Origin: Acidobacteriota bacterium
GTDB taxonomy: Bacteria > Acidobacteriota > Terriglobia > Versatilivoradales > Versatilivoraceae
Assembly: GCA_040753175.1 (NCBI GenBank)
Contig: JBFMEW010000018.1
Coordinates: forward strand, 31,347-95,346
Direction: 5' to 3'
DNA length: 64,000 bases
A program made the translations under genes and the position numbers. Shown here piece after piece: positions 29,860-39,384 of the stretch; the first letter of the stretch is position 1, and every line of letters starts with the position of its first letter. The notes beneath the pieces were generated by a model, which was not told the origin of the DNA, searched no databases, and saw only the letters and a program-made list of their open reading frames with translations.

Positions 29860-30888
29860 ATGGAGAATCTCCGACCTTCTTCCACGAGTCCTTTGATTGT
29901 TGCGATCCTGGGTGCCGGGAACATGGGCGTGTGCTTAGCCCGGGCCTTCTCCAAGGTCTCGGGAGTTGCGGTGAAATATGTTTACAGTCGAACTCTGAGC
30001 CGGGCCAAGTCAGTGGCTGACTCGGTGGGCGCACTCGCAGTCGATCGGCCGGAGCTGTTGTTCGAGGACAAGGATGTCGACGTCGTCACGTTCTGCCTTC
30101 CAACCGACACCCGCCTGGATTTCTTAACGAGAGCCGTTCGGGCCGAAAAGCACATCTTCTGCGAAAAGCCGCTGGCCTTGGACCCACAGATGGCGAACGA
30201 TATTCGCAAGTTACTCAACGGTTATTCCAAGACCGTGATGGTTGGTCACGTTCTAAGGTTTGCATGGGAGTTCAGTCACATCCGCCGGATTGTACAAGAT
30301 GACGGGCTTGGGCGGATTGGCTCGATTCGAATGTCGCGGTTGGTTGGGTATCCTGGATCCGACGCGTGGTTCACCGATAGCAGTCGCAGCGGGGGAATTG
30401 TGTTGGATCTCATGATTCACGACATCGATTTCCTGCTGTGGACATTCGGCGAGGTCGGGCAGGTTTATGCCAGGTTGGCTACCGAGACGGGGATGCGCAA
30501 GGCCGACTACGCTTTGGTGAACCTGCAGTTGGAATCCGGAGCGGTCGCACACCTCGAGGGCAGTTGGGCTCACCCGGTTGGCAGCTTCAGGCAGACTATC
30601 GAGGTATGCGGTAGCAAGGGGCTGCTTCAACACGACAGCGCCTCGAGCAAGCCCTTGACTTTCCTTTCAACCAGGGAGCTGACGGGCGTTCCCGCCTCGC
30701 GAATCTCAATCCCTGAATCCGATGAGGCCAGCGACCCCTACCTGGCAGAGGTGAGACATTTCGTCGAGTGTGTGAGGTCTGGTCGGGAACCCATGGTGCG
30801 TTGGCAGGAGGCCATCGAGGCCTGCGAAGTGGCCTTCTTGGCAATCGAATCGGCAAGGCAAGGCGTGGCCTTGCGCTCAAAGAGCTGA
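29860..30888 (+). CDS. Gfo/Idh/MocA family oxidoreductase
   Basis: GAGNMG Rossmann motif, FCEKPLA, VGHVLRF and SGGIVLDLMIHDIDF. Confidence 0.93.
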   Translation: MENLRPSSTSPLIVAILGAGNMGVCLARAFSKVSGVAVKYVYSRTLSRAKSVADSVGALAVDRPELLFEDKDVDVVTFCLPTDTRLDFLTRAVRAEKHIFCEKPLALDPQMANDIRKLLNGYSKTVMVGHVLRFAWEFSHIRRIVQDDGLGRIGSIRMSRLVGYPGSDAWFTDSSRSGGIVLDLMIHDIDFLLWTFGEVGQVYARLATETGMRKADYALVNLQLESGAVAHLEGSWAHPVGSFRQTIEVCGSKGLLQHDSASSKPLTFLSTRELTGVPASRISIPESDEASDPYLAEVRHFVECVRSGREPMVRWQEAIEACEVAFLAIESARQGVALRSKS

Positions 30889-30979
30889 CTCGTGCCACAC
30901 GTCTGAGGTGCCTGGATTACTAAAACTAAGAGGTCCGTCTAAGCAGCCGCTCCACTTTACCAAGGATGGCTCAAAAACC

Positions 30980-32341
30980 ATGAAACGACGTGAAGTCTTG
31001 AGATGGTTCTCCACCGGCGCTGCCGGTGGATTGAGTTTGTTTTCTGCGAATGCTCTCTTGGCGAACCTTCGCCCGCAGGATGCTCCCTTGCCCACACGCG
31101 GGGTCCCGCCGGTGAAAATCCGGGACATCAAGACCGTTTTGACGGCACCCAACGGCATCCGCCTGGTCGTCGTCAAGGTGGAGACCACCGAGCCTGGGCT
31201 CTACGGCTGGGGTTGTGCCACTTTCACGCAGAGAGCTCTGGTGGTCAAGACAGCCGTAGACGAATATCTGCGTGACTTCCTGAAGGGGAGAAACGTCGAC
31301 GAAATCGAGGACATCTGGCAGTCTTCCTATGTCAGTTCCTATTGGCGGAATGGGCCGGTACTGTTCAACGCCATGAGCGGCGTGGACATGGCGCTTTGGG
31401 ACATCAAGGCCAAGCGCGCCAACATGCCTCTCTATCAGCTTCTGGGTGGGAAGTGTCGTTTTGCCGCTGATTGTTACTATCACGCCAGCGGCAAGGACTT
31501 TCAGGAAGTAGAAGAGAATGTTCGGAAGGCCATGGAACTCGGCTACCGACACGTGCGAGTGCAGTCAGGCGTCGCCGGTCTGGCAACCTATGGCGTCAGT
31601 GGGCGTCACAACGACGCAGAAGATGAGGAGGTGGGCCCCACCAGTCCCAAGTCAATTTGGGAACCTGCTGATTACTGTCGCATGGTTCCCAAGCTGTTCG
31701 AGCATTTACGGGCAAAGTTGGGTGATGAAATCGAGCTCCTGCACGATGTTCACGAAAGGGTCAGCCTGAATCAGGGGATCAACCTGTGCAAAGAACTTGA
31801 GAGATACCGGCTGTTCTTCCTGGAAGATCCTTTTCCACCCGAGGACAACGATCACTTCAGGCTGCTCCGACAGCAGTGTGCCACTCCCATTGCCATGGGG
31901 GAACTCTTTAACAGCATGCATGAGCACGTGCCACTGATCTCGAACCGCCTGATTGACTACATTCGAACCCACATTTCGCAGATCGGCGGACTGACGATGG
32001 CCCGAAAGGTCGCGGCGTTGTGCGAGTTCTTCGGTGTCAAAACAGCCTGGCACGGGCCGGGAGACGCTTCCCCTATAGCGCATGCCACTCAGCTGGCTCT
32101 GGAGTTGGCAAGCTACAATTTCGGTGTCCACGAAGGGGGGCGGTTCCCGCCGGAAACACGAGACGTGTTCAGGGGTTGCCCGGAAATCAGGAAAGGCTAT
32201 CTCTACGCGAACGAAGTGCCCGGACACGGCGTAGATGTGGACGAAAAGCTTGCTGCTCGGTTTCCCTTTCAGGCTGGAAGGAACTTCGACTTCAGTTGGG
32301 GAACGACGCGCCGGCGCGATGGAACAGTGATCCGACCGTAG
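30980..32341 (+). CDS. Mannonate dehydratase RspA/ManD-like enolase-superfamily enzyme with Tat signal
   Basis: SSYWRNGPV..NAMSGVDMALWDIK, LLHDVHER, FFLEDP, MGE and TAWHGP motifs. MKRREVL leader. Confidence 0.88.
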   Translation: MKRREVLRWFSTGAAGGLSLFSANALLANLRPQDAPLPTRGVPPVKIRDIKTVLTAPNGIRLVVVKVETTEPGLYGWGCATFTQRALVVKTAVDEYLRDFLKGRNVDEIEDIWQSSYVSSYWRNGPVLFNAMSGVDMALWDIKAKRANMPLYQLLGGKCRFAADCYYHASGKDFQEVEENVRKAMELGYRHVRVQSGVAGLATYGVSGRHNDAEDEEVGPTSPKSIWEPADYCRMVPKLFEHLRAKLGDEIELLHDVHERVSLNQGINLCKELERYRLFFLEDPFPPEDNDHFRLLRQQCATPIAMGELFNSMHEHVPLISNRLIDYIRTHISQIGGLTMARKVAALCEFFGVKTAWHGPGDASPIAHATQLALELASYNFGVHEGGRFPPETRDVFRGCPEIRKGYLYANEVPGHGVDVDEKLAARFPFQAGRNFDFSWGTTRRRDGTVIRP

Positions 32342-32402
32342 ACGATTGGGATCGCTTTGAGATGTGCGCATCCGACTATCCTGCGATGAGGTTCAAGCGT
32401 TT

Positions 32403-33290
32403 ATGAAAGCAAGACGGAAATTCCTGCAAGAGAGTATCTCGTTGACAGGGCTGTTGGCCGTTGAAGGACTGAGAGGAAAGGCGCTGGCGGTGCCTCCGGC
32501 CAATTCCAACCCTGCCTTTGCAGGTAACGGCTTCAAGTTGGGGACCGTAACCTACAACCTTGGCAAGGATATGGATCTGGAGACCTTGATTAAGACCTGC
32601 GAGGAGACCGGATTCGAAGCAGTGGAGTTGAGAACATCTCACAAGCACGGCGTGGAACCCTCGCTCAGCCCGGCTCAGCGCCAGGAAGTCAGGCGGCGAT
32701 TTGACGGCACACGAGTCCGCCTCCTAAGCTTGGGATCGACCTGCGAGTACCACTCTCCGGATCTTGGGGTAGTCCGAAAGAACGTGGAGGAGACGAAGCA
32801 GTTCGTTGAGTTAGCCCACGACGTGGGGGCTTTGGGCGTGAAGGTACGGCCCAATGGGCTTCCCAAAAACATTCCAGAGGAGAAAACGCTCGAGCAAATC
32901 GGACGATCGTTGAAGGAGTGCGGTGAGTTCGCACAGAGGTACGGCATCGAGATTTGGGTGGAAGTCCACGGACGCGACACCAGCCTACCCAGGCGCATGA
33001 AGCGAATCATGGAAGTGGCAAGCCATCCACAAGTGGGTGTTTGCTGGAACTCCAACGACGATGACGTCGAAAGCGGCTCGGTCCGCGCCAGTTTCGAGAT
33101 GCTGCGGCCCTGGCTCCGAAACGTCCATATCAACGAACTATGGAAGAAAGACTACCCTTGGAAAGAGTTGTTTCACCTACTTCAGGATGCGGGTTACAGT
33201 CGCTATACTCTGGCTGAAATCCCGGATAACTGCGATGCCATTAGGCTGATGCGCTACTACCGCAGCTTGTGGCAGCAGCTGGTCGCTTAG
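32403..33290 (+). CDS. Sugar phosphate isomerase/epimerase (xylose isomerase-like TIM barrel) with Tat signal
   Basis: ARRKFLQ leader, GFEAVELR, WVEVHG and VHINEL. Confidence 0.82.
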   Translation: MKARRKFLQESISLTGLLAVEGLRGKALAVPPANSNPAFAGNGFKLGTVTYNLGKDMDLETLIKTCEETGFEAVELRTSHKHGVEPSLSPAQRQEVRRRFDGTRVRLLSLGSTCEYHSPDLGVVRKNVEETKQFVELAHDVGALGVKVRPNGLPKNIPEEKTLEQIGRSLKECGEFAQRYGIEIWVEVHGRDTSLPRRMKRIMEVASHPQVGVCWNSNDDDVESGSVRASFEMLRPWLRNVHINELWKKDYPWKELFHLLQDAGYSRYTLAEIPDNCDAIRLMRYYRSLWQQLVA

Positions 33291-33358
33291 TTGAAGGCAA
33301 GGCGGCGAAGTGACGGGGTCCAAAGACGGCGTTGCCGAAAACACCATAGGAGAATCTC

Positions 33359-34366
33359 ATGAGGCGAATAAAGTGGCTTGTGTCACACCCACGGGTGGCT
33401 TTGGCTTTCGTGCTGCCAGCACTGTTGGGAACGTTATGGGTGAGGACTTCGGGACTGCGGTTGGAGGCGTTACCTTCCACGGTGAAGCAGATTGCTCCCG
33501 GGGTTTGGTTTCGGGAGGGAGAGATCAAGGAATATGGTCACTGCAACAACGTCTGGATTGAGATGAAGGATTACGTAGTCGTGGTGGATGCGAACTTCCC
33601 CAGCGGCGCTGAAGCCTGCCTGGCGGACATTCAGAAGACGACCAAGAAACCGGTCAAGTATGTGTTCGACACCCACCACCATGGAGATCATGCCTACGGA
33701 AATCCGGTGTGGACCAAAATGGGAGCAACCACGCTCGCCTATGTGGGGGTAGCCGAGGAGATGAAACGCTACGAGCCCAAGCGCTGGCTTGACACGGCGA
33801 AAAATCGCAAAGACGTGGCGGCGATGCAGCTACCCTCGGCCGAACCGCCGAAGCAGACTTTTTCCGAACGGAAGATGATTCTTGAGGATGAGACGCGAAA
33901 AATCGAGTTCCATTTCTTCGGCTGGGCTCATACCCGTGGCGACGGTTTTGTTTATCTACCCAAAGAGCAGATCCTTTGCACCGGAGACGCCGTCGTTAAC
34001 GGTGCCTACAACTATATGGGCGACGGTAACACGGCGAACTGGCCCTCGGTTGTCGATCAGGCGTTGAAATTGAATGTGACCACGGTTTTGCCCGGGCACG
34101 GGATCCCAGGAGGGAAAGAATTGCTTCAGGGCCAGAAACAGTTCATGGTCGAACTCCGGAAGGCCGTTCAGGGAGCAGTCAAGTCGGGGAAAAAACTGGA
34201 GGATTTGGTAACCGGAGCCGGGGAGGACCGCCGGGCTGTGGGTATCGAGTTGTCAGCCGTCGTCAAAAACTGGGTCGGTGATTCCACGCTGCCGGGTCAG
34301 GTCGAGGTCATCTACAAGGAGATCACCATGGGTAAGCCGCATGGAGAAATCCTTGGAGGGAAATGA
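33359..34366 (+). CDS. MBL-fold metallo-hydrolase (cyclase-like)
   Basis: THHHGDH, AHTRGD, TGD and PGHG motifs, with an N-terminal hydrophobic segment. Confidence 0.9.
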   Translation: MRRIKWLVSHPRVALAFVLPALLGTLWVRTSGLRLEALPSTVKQIAPGVWFREGEIKEYGHCNNVWIEMKDYVVVVDANFPSGAEACLADIQKTTKKPVKYVFDTHHHGDHAYGNPVWTKMGATTLAYVGVAEEMKRYEPKRWLDTAKNRKDVAAMQLPSAEPPKQTFSERKMILEDETRKIEFHFFGWAHTRGDGFVYLPKEQILCTGDAVVNGAYNYMGDGNTANWPSVVDQALKLNVTTVLPGHGIPGGKELLQGQKQFMVELRKAVQGAVKSGKKLEDLVTGAGEDRRAVGIELSAVVKNWVGDSTLPGQVEVIYKEITMGKPHGEILGGK

Positions 34367-34444
34367 ACATGACAGCAGGCGGGTTCGCTACTGTCTGATC
34401 GCGCCGTCGAATGGATTCTACATGGCGCGAGCGAGGAGAGTGAG

Positions 34445-35737
34445 ATGCTCAAACGAAGATCTTTCCTCAAAAACCTGACGGGTTTAGGGAGCTTGGCTCT
34501 TGCCAGCTTGCGAGAGGATGGTCTGGACCGGGTACATGCGGCAGGCAAGAAGGTCGCGCACCAGACTCCCGAGCAGCTGGCAACCGACGAGGATTTTTGG
34601 TTCGAGATCCAGCAAGCGTTCACCCTGGATCGGACGATTGTCAACCTGAACAACGGGGGCGTGTCTCCCAGTCCTCGTATCGTGCAGGAGGCCATGCGGC
34701 GATACCTGGAGCTCTCGAATCAGGCACCTGCCTACACCATGTGGACGCTACTCGAACCTCAGATTGAGAGTGTCCGGACGCGGCTTGCGGCGGCATTTGG
34801 GTGCGATGCAGAGGAGATGGCAATCACGCGGAATGCCAGCGAATCATTGGAGACTTGCATATTGGGATTGGATCTTCGCCCGGGCGACGAAGTGCTAACC
34901 ACCAACCACGACTATCCACGAATGCTGACGACCTGGCAGCAGCGGGAACGCCGGGACGGGATCGTGCTGAAGAAGATTTCTTTTCCAACTCCTCCCTCCA
35001 GCCTGGATGAACTGTCCGATCGGTTCGAAAAGGCCATCACACCCAAGACTCGGGTGATCCTCTTCTGCCACATCACTAACCTTACGGGGCAGATCTTCCC
35101 GGTGCGGCAGATTTGCCGCATGGGACGCGAGCACGGCATCGAGGTGATTGTGGATGGGGCCCATGCCTTTGCCCACTTCCCGTTCCAACATGAAGACCTC
35201 GATTGCGATTACTATGGAACAAGCCTCCACAAGTGGCTGCTGGCACCTCATGGCACCGGCTTCCTGTATGTCAGGAAATCTAAGATTCCGAAGCTTTGGC
35301 CGCTGATGGCCGCTCCGGAATCCATGCAGGACAACATTCGGAAATTCGAAGAAATCGGCACTCACCCGGCGGCCAATCACAATGCGATCGCCGAGGCCCT
35401 GGCCTTCCACGAAGGGATTGGTGTGGAACGGAAGGCTGCGCGACTGCGCTATCTGAGAGACCGCTGGGCCCGGCGTCTAGAAGGGCAGCCCGGAGTGAAG
35501 CTCCTGACCAGCTTTGACCCGTCTATGTCGTGTGGGCTGGCCACGGTCGGCATCGAAGGCGTCGACCCCAACAAACTCACGCAATACATGTGGAATAGCC
35601 ACCGCATCCTGGTAACACCTATCATCCACGATGAGTTTCAAGGGATTCGAGTCACCCCCAATGTCTATACCATTCCAGATGAAATAGACCGGTTTGCGGC
35701 AGCCATGGAACGAGTCGTACGTCAGGGCTTGTCCTGA
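34445..35737 (+). CDS. Class V PLP-dependent enzyme (isopenicillin N epimerase / cysteine desulfhydrase-like) with Tat signal
   Basis: KRRSFLK leader, NLNNGG, VDGAHA and SLHKWLLAP (PLP Lys). Confidence 0.88.
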   Translation: MLKRRSFLKNLTGLGSLALASLREDGLDRVHAAGKKVAHQTPEQLATDEDFWFEIQQAFTLDRTIVNLNNGGVSPSPRIVQEAMRRYLELSNQAPAYTMWTLLEPQIESVRTRLAAAFGCDAEEMAITRNASESLETCILGLDLRPGDEVLTTNHDYPRMLTTWQQRERRDGIVLKKISFPTPPSSLDELSDRFEKAITPKTRVILFCHITNLTGQIFPVRQICRMGREHGIEVIVDGAHAFAHFPFQHEDLDCDYYGTSLHKWLLAPHGTGFLYVRKSKIPKLWPLMAAPESMQDNIRKFEEIGTHPAANHNAIAEALAFHEGIGVERKAARLRYLRDRWARRLEGQPGVKLLTSFDPSMSCGLATVGIEGVDPNKLTQYMWNSHRILVTPIIHDEFQGIRVTPNVYTIPDEIDRFAAAMERVVRQGLS

Positions 35738-35762
35738 CGGAAAGCGGCTTTCAGGCCGGTTC

Positions 35763-36761
35763 CTACCAGAAGGACTCGCACAAGAAAGCCATCGATTCGG
35801 GAAGGTGAAGGCTAACCAACTCCCACCCGTGGGGCTCATTCGGGTACTCCCGAAAAATGTGAGGCTCACCATGCTGAGCCAGCACCTGGTCGAGCGTCCT
35901 GAGAGCCTGGCCCAAGTTCATCACCTGGTTGTAGCGGTCAGCGGTGCCGTAATCGAAGTAGATTCGTAAGCCCTTCAGATTGGAGTTTCTGGCCAAGTCC
36001 AAGGGATTGTTTTGCCGCCATCTCTCGATGTCAACCGGGTTTCCGAAAATGGGGGTAATCAAGCGCGTGAAAAAATCAAAACGGCCCGATGTCTTCGTTT
36101 CTTCAGGCATGCGGGACGGATCGACCTGAAAAACGATCGGTGAATGACCAGCCGTTGCCGAGTAGAGGTTCTTATGCTTGAACGCAATTTTGAGAGCTCC
36201 AAACCCTCCCATGGAAGTTCCGCCAATAGCTCTCCATCGCGTTCCTGATTTGACCCGGTAGGTCTTTTCAACAAACTGGATCAAGTCTTGCGTAATGTAG
36301 TCTTCGTAATTCTTGCTGCCGTCCAGATAGTTCGTGTAAAAGCTGTTGTCGCCTTTCGGGTGGACCATCAGCACTTCGGGAATCTTTTTGTCTGCAATCA
36401 AGCGAGCAAGCTTCTCATGCAAGCGGCCATAGCGGTCTACCGTCCAGCTGGTGTGATCGTTGTTAAGCCCATGCAGGAAATAAACAACGGGATAACGTGA
36501 CTGGCTCGACGAGTAGGACTGAGGCAAGAAGATCGAATATTCGCGTTCCTCTTTCAGGGCAGCACTGTAAAACTCTCCGAACTCGACTCGAGCGCCACCC
36601 GGGATTTCGAGGGGCATTCGATCGGTTCGGCGGCGTTCCGGGGCACGGGTGTCCTGGAAAGGCGAAAAGGCAAAGTGTCTGAATGGATGCGACACCACCC
36701 AACTGAGGTTTGCAACGAGAAGGATCCCCAAGAGTGGTAAAGAAATAATCCGCTTCCGCAT
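35763..36761 (-). CDS. Secreted putative esterase (alpha/beta hydrolase, CE1-like)
   Basis: YPVVYFLHG, nucleophile elbow GTSMGG and HGW catalytic His. Confidence 0.88.
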   Translation of the reverse strand: MRKRIISLPLLGILLVANLSWVVSHPFRHFAFSPFQDTRAPERRRTDRMPLEIPGGARVEFGEFYSAALKEEREYSIFLPQSYSSSQSRYPVVYFLHGLNNDHTSWTVDRYGRLHEKLARLIADKKIPEVLMVHPKGDNSFYTNYLDGSKNYEDYITQDLIQFVEKTYRVKSGTRWRAIGGTSMGGFGALKIAFKHKNLYSATAGHSPIVFQVDPSRMPEETKTSGRFDFFTRLITPIFGNPVDIERWRQNNPLDLARNSNLKGLRIYFDYGTADRYNQVMNLGQALRTLDQVLAQHGEPHIFREYPNEPHGWELVSLHLPESMAFLCESFW

Positions 36762-37286
36762 GCTCCTCCCGTCTTCTCCAATCATCGATGTCAAGAACCT
36801 AGCATTGGCCTTTCATGAATTCCAGTTCTTTTGCAGCCCGGCCGGTCCCGCGGCCATCTTGCGAACGCTTTCAGTCCGAGATTCCTTCAAGAGGGTGTAG
36901 GCACCACTCAATCAGGGGGTAGCAGCCAAGCGAGTTCGGCCTTCCCATCTGGTTTGCTGATTTCCGGTCCTCACGACAAAAAGAGGAGCCTGGAAAGGCC
37001 GACGATTTGATGGAATGCTCGAGGGATCGGGCAGGCCGCTGTCGTCCAACGGGCGAAACAAACAGTTGTTCCGTTCCCGGGAGTCGCGTTCATCGTCGGT
37101 CTCTTCATCTCCGGCAAGACCGGCTGGGTTGGAGCTTTCTAACGGCGACAGGCTGGCGCTTTCTTGAGATCCTCTGGTCTGCCCTTGTTCCACCTCGTTG
37201 CGCTTATCGAGCCGGCGGTTGCGGCTTCGAGAACCTCGTCTCGTCGAGCTGCCAGGTTGACGTGGGCTCGGACTTCGAGAAAAAGC

Positions 37287-38180
37287 TCAACCTGCGGAGT
37301 ACTTGGTTGCCAGCCGGCGGAGCTGGGTCATGAGTCTTGGAACGGCAGCTTTGGGATTCTCGGCAGCCTCGTACTCGAGGGCCAGGTATCCGTTGTAGCC
37401 GCCCTTTGCCAGCATCGAGACAAGACGATCCCAGTCTGAAGGTTTGGAACGGCCATCCGGTCCTTCAATCTCGGATTTGAACTGAGTGTTCACGGCGTAA
37501 GGTACACAGGCGGCAATCTCAGCATAAGGGTCGGCGACATGGAAGTTTCCGGTATCGAGATTGATGCCGACCCAGGGGGAATCGACTCTCTTGACAATGT
37601 CAACGATCCGTTTAGCTTGGGAGGTGATCCCGCCGTGGTTCTCCAGGCCCAGAATGATTCCTTTGCTGGCGGAATAGTCCCCTGCTCGCTTGAGACCCTC
37701 CACTACCCATCCAGCGGCCTGATCTTCGGTCGCATCCTTGGGTGCCTCGCCTCCAAAGACCCGAATATGACAAGCCCCAAGGCGCTCTGCAACATCCACC
37801 CATTTCCTGATCTCAGCGACTTCCTTGGCCTGCAGTTCCGGCGTTGGACGACAAAGGTCAGTACGGATGGAAATACTGTAGATTTCTACCGCCATCTTGT
37901 AGGCCAGCCGTTTTAGGGGAAGCAGAAATGAATTGGATGTGTCTGGAAACCAGTAGACAGTCAGGTCCAGCCCATCCACATCATGCGCCACGGCCAAGCG
38001 GACCAGATCTTCGTAGCTCATGGTCTTGTTTTTCAGGGCCTCACGAAATGAGTAGGCACAAATAGCAGTCCGCAGGCGGGGAACGCCCTTGGCGTTCGCA
38101 GCCGCTGGACTTCCACCAAATGGGAGGTTCAGACCGGCAACCACGACCGGTAACGCGCTCAGCAAATCTCTTCGGTTCAC
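37287..38180 (-). CDS. Sugar phosphate isomerase/epimerase (TIM barrel) with Tat signal
   Basis: GTG start after an AAGGAGG RBS. NRRDLL leader, IRVFGG, GLENHGG, NLDTGNF and YLALEYE. Confidence 0.88.
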   Translation of the reverse strand: MNRRDLLSALPVVVAGLNLPFGGSPAAANAKGVPRLRTAICAYSFREALKNKTMSYEDLVRLAVAHDVDGLDLTVYWFPDTSNSFLLPLKRLAYKMAVEIYSISIRTDLCRPTPELQAKEVAEIRKWVDVAERLGACHIRVFGGEAPKDATEDQAAGWVVEGLKRAGDYSASKGIILGLENHGGITSQAKRIVDIVKRVDSPWVGINLDTGNFHVADPYAEIAACVPYAVNTQFKSEIEGPDGRSKPSDWDRLVSMLAKGGYNGYLALEYEAAENPKAAVPRLMTQLRRLATKYSAG

Positions 38181-38416
38181 AATGGCCTCCTTGCTACTGT
38201 GGATCCACCTTGCACTGTTGGGAAATATACTGCAGCGAGCAGGGTCACGGGAACGGCAAAATCGCTGCACCCTCCGGGGATGGATACAGGGACGAGATCC
38301 CTGTCCGATGGCAGACGTTGGCGTAGGGATTCAGGGATAGGAGTTCGTCGAAACCGTCGCGAAAAACCAAATCGAGTCGGCCAAGGCTGGGTGCCGTCGC
38401 GGCTAGGGAAGCCCTT

Positions 38417-38446
38417 TTGACAACCCCCTCTCAGGTGGGATACGAT
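38417..38446 (+). promoter_or_regulatory. Putative sigma-70 promoter of accD-folC operon
   Basis: TTGACA-N18-TACGAT ending about 30 nt upstream of the accD ATG. Confidence 0.45.
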
Positions 38447-38476
38447 GCTCAACCGGATTGAGAAAGGGCCCCTGAT

Positions 38477-39319
38477 ATGGCTTGGTTCAAAAAGGATAGA
38501 ACACCTATCTCCCCGATGGGTGACCGGACCGTTCGGACCGAAGGTCTTTGGATCAAGTGTGACCAATGCAAGCAGATCATTTGGAAAAAGGACCTTGAAG
38601 CCGCTCTGAACGTTTGTCCTCAGTGTCAATATCATTTCAAGATCTCGGCTCGGGAAAGGCTCAGTCAACTCTTCGACGACGGCTGCTACCAGGAGCAAGA
38701 TGCAGGACTTCAGTCGACCGACCCACTGAAGTTCGTCGACAAAAAGCCCTATCGTCAGCGCCTGGCCGAAATGGTCTCGACCACCGGGATGAGTGACGCC
38801 ATCGTGTCGGCGGAAGGAGTACTCGGGAAGAAGCCTGCACAGATCTGTGCAATGGACTCCTCCTTCATTAGCGGTTCGATGGGATCGGTGGTTGGAGAAA
38901 AGATCACGCGAGCCATCGAACGCAGTGTTCAGCGCAAACTCCCTCTGATCGTGATCTCTTGTTCCGGGGGAGCCCGCATGCAGGAGGGGACGCTGAGCTT
39001 GATGCAGATGGCCAAGATCAGTTCAGCGCTGGCCAGGCTCGATCAATTCCGAGTTCCGTACATTTCGGTCATGACCGACCCGACCACAGGCGGAGTGACG
39101 GCGAGCTTTGCGATGCTTGGCGATCTAAATCTGGCGGAGCCGGGAGCCCTCATTGGATTTGCCGGTCCTCGAGTCATTGAGCAGACGATCCGGCAGAAGT
39201 TGCCCGCAGGCTTTCAGCGAAGCGAGTTTCTTCTGGAACATGGAATGCTTGATGCAATCGTTCATCGCAAAGATTTGAAGGACTATCTGGTCAGGTCTTT
39301 GGATTTTCTTGGCTACTGA
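38477..39319 (+). CDS. accD: Acetyl-CoA carboxylase carboxyltransferase beta subunit
   Basis: GLWIKCDQC...CPQC Zn finger, GSMGSVVGEKI, SGGARMQEG and FAGPRVIEQT. Confidence 0.97.
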   Translation: MAWFKKDRTPISPMGDRTVRTEGLWIKCDQCKQIIWKKDLEAALNVCPQCQYHFKISARERLSQLFDDGCYQEQDAGLQSTDPLKFVDKKPYRQRLAEMVSTTGMSDAIVSAEGVLGKKPAQICAMDSSFISGSMGSVVGEKITRAIERSVQRKLPLIVISCSGGARMQEGTLSLMQMAKISSALARLDQFRVPYISVMTDPTTGGVTASFAMLGDLNLAEPGALIGFAGPRVIEQTIRQKLPAGFQRSEFLLEHGMLDAIVHRKDLKDYLVRSLDFLGY

Positions 39320-39384
39320 CGTCCTGTTGGGGCGATTGGCTTTGCCCACTCCATCGTGAATTCGGCGGAGTGGGTTTCGTGTTT

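Noticed and set aside
36912-37193. 93-aa minus-strand ORF in the gap between the esterase and isomerase genes
   Set aside because: Low-complexity sequence with no motif or convincing RBS. It cannot be supported without homology data.
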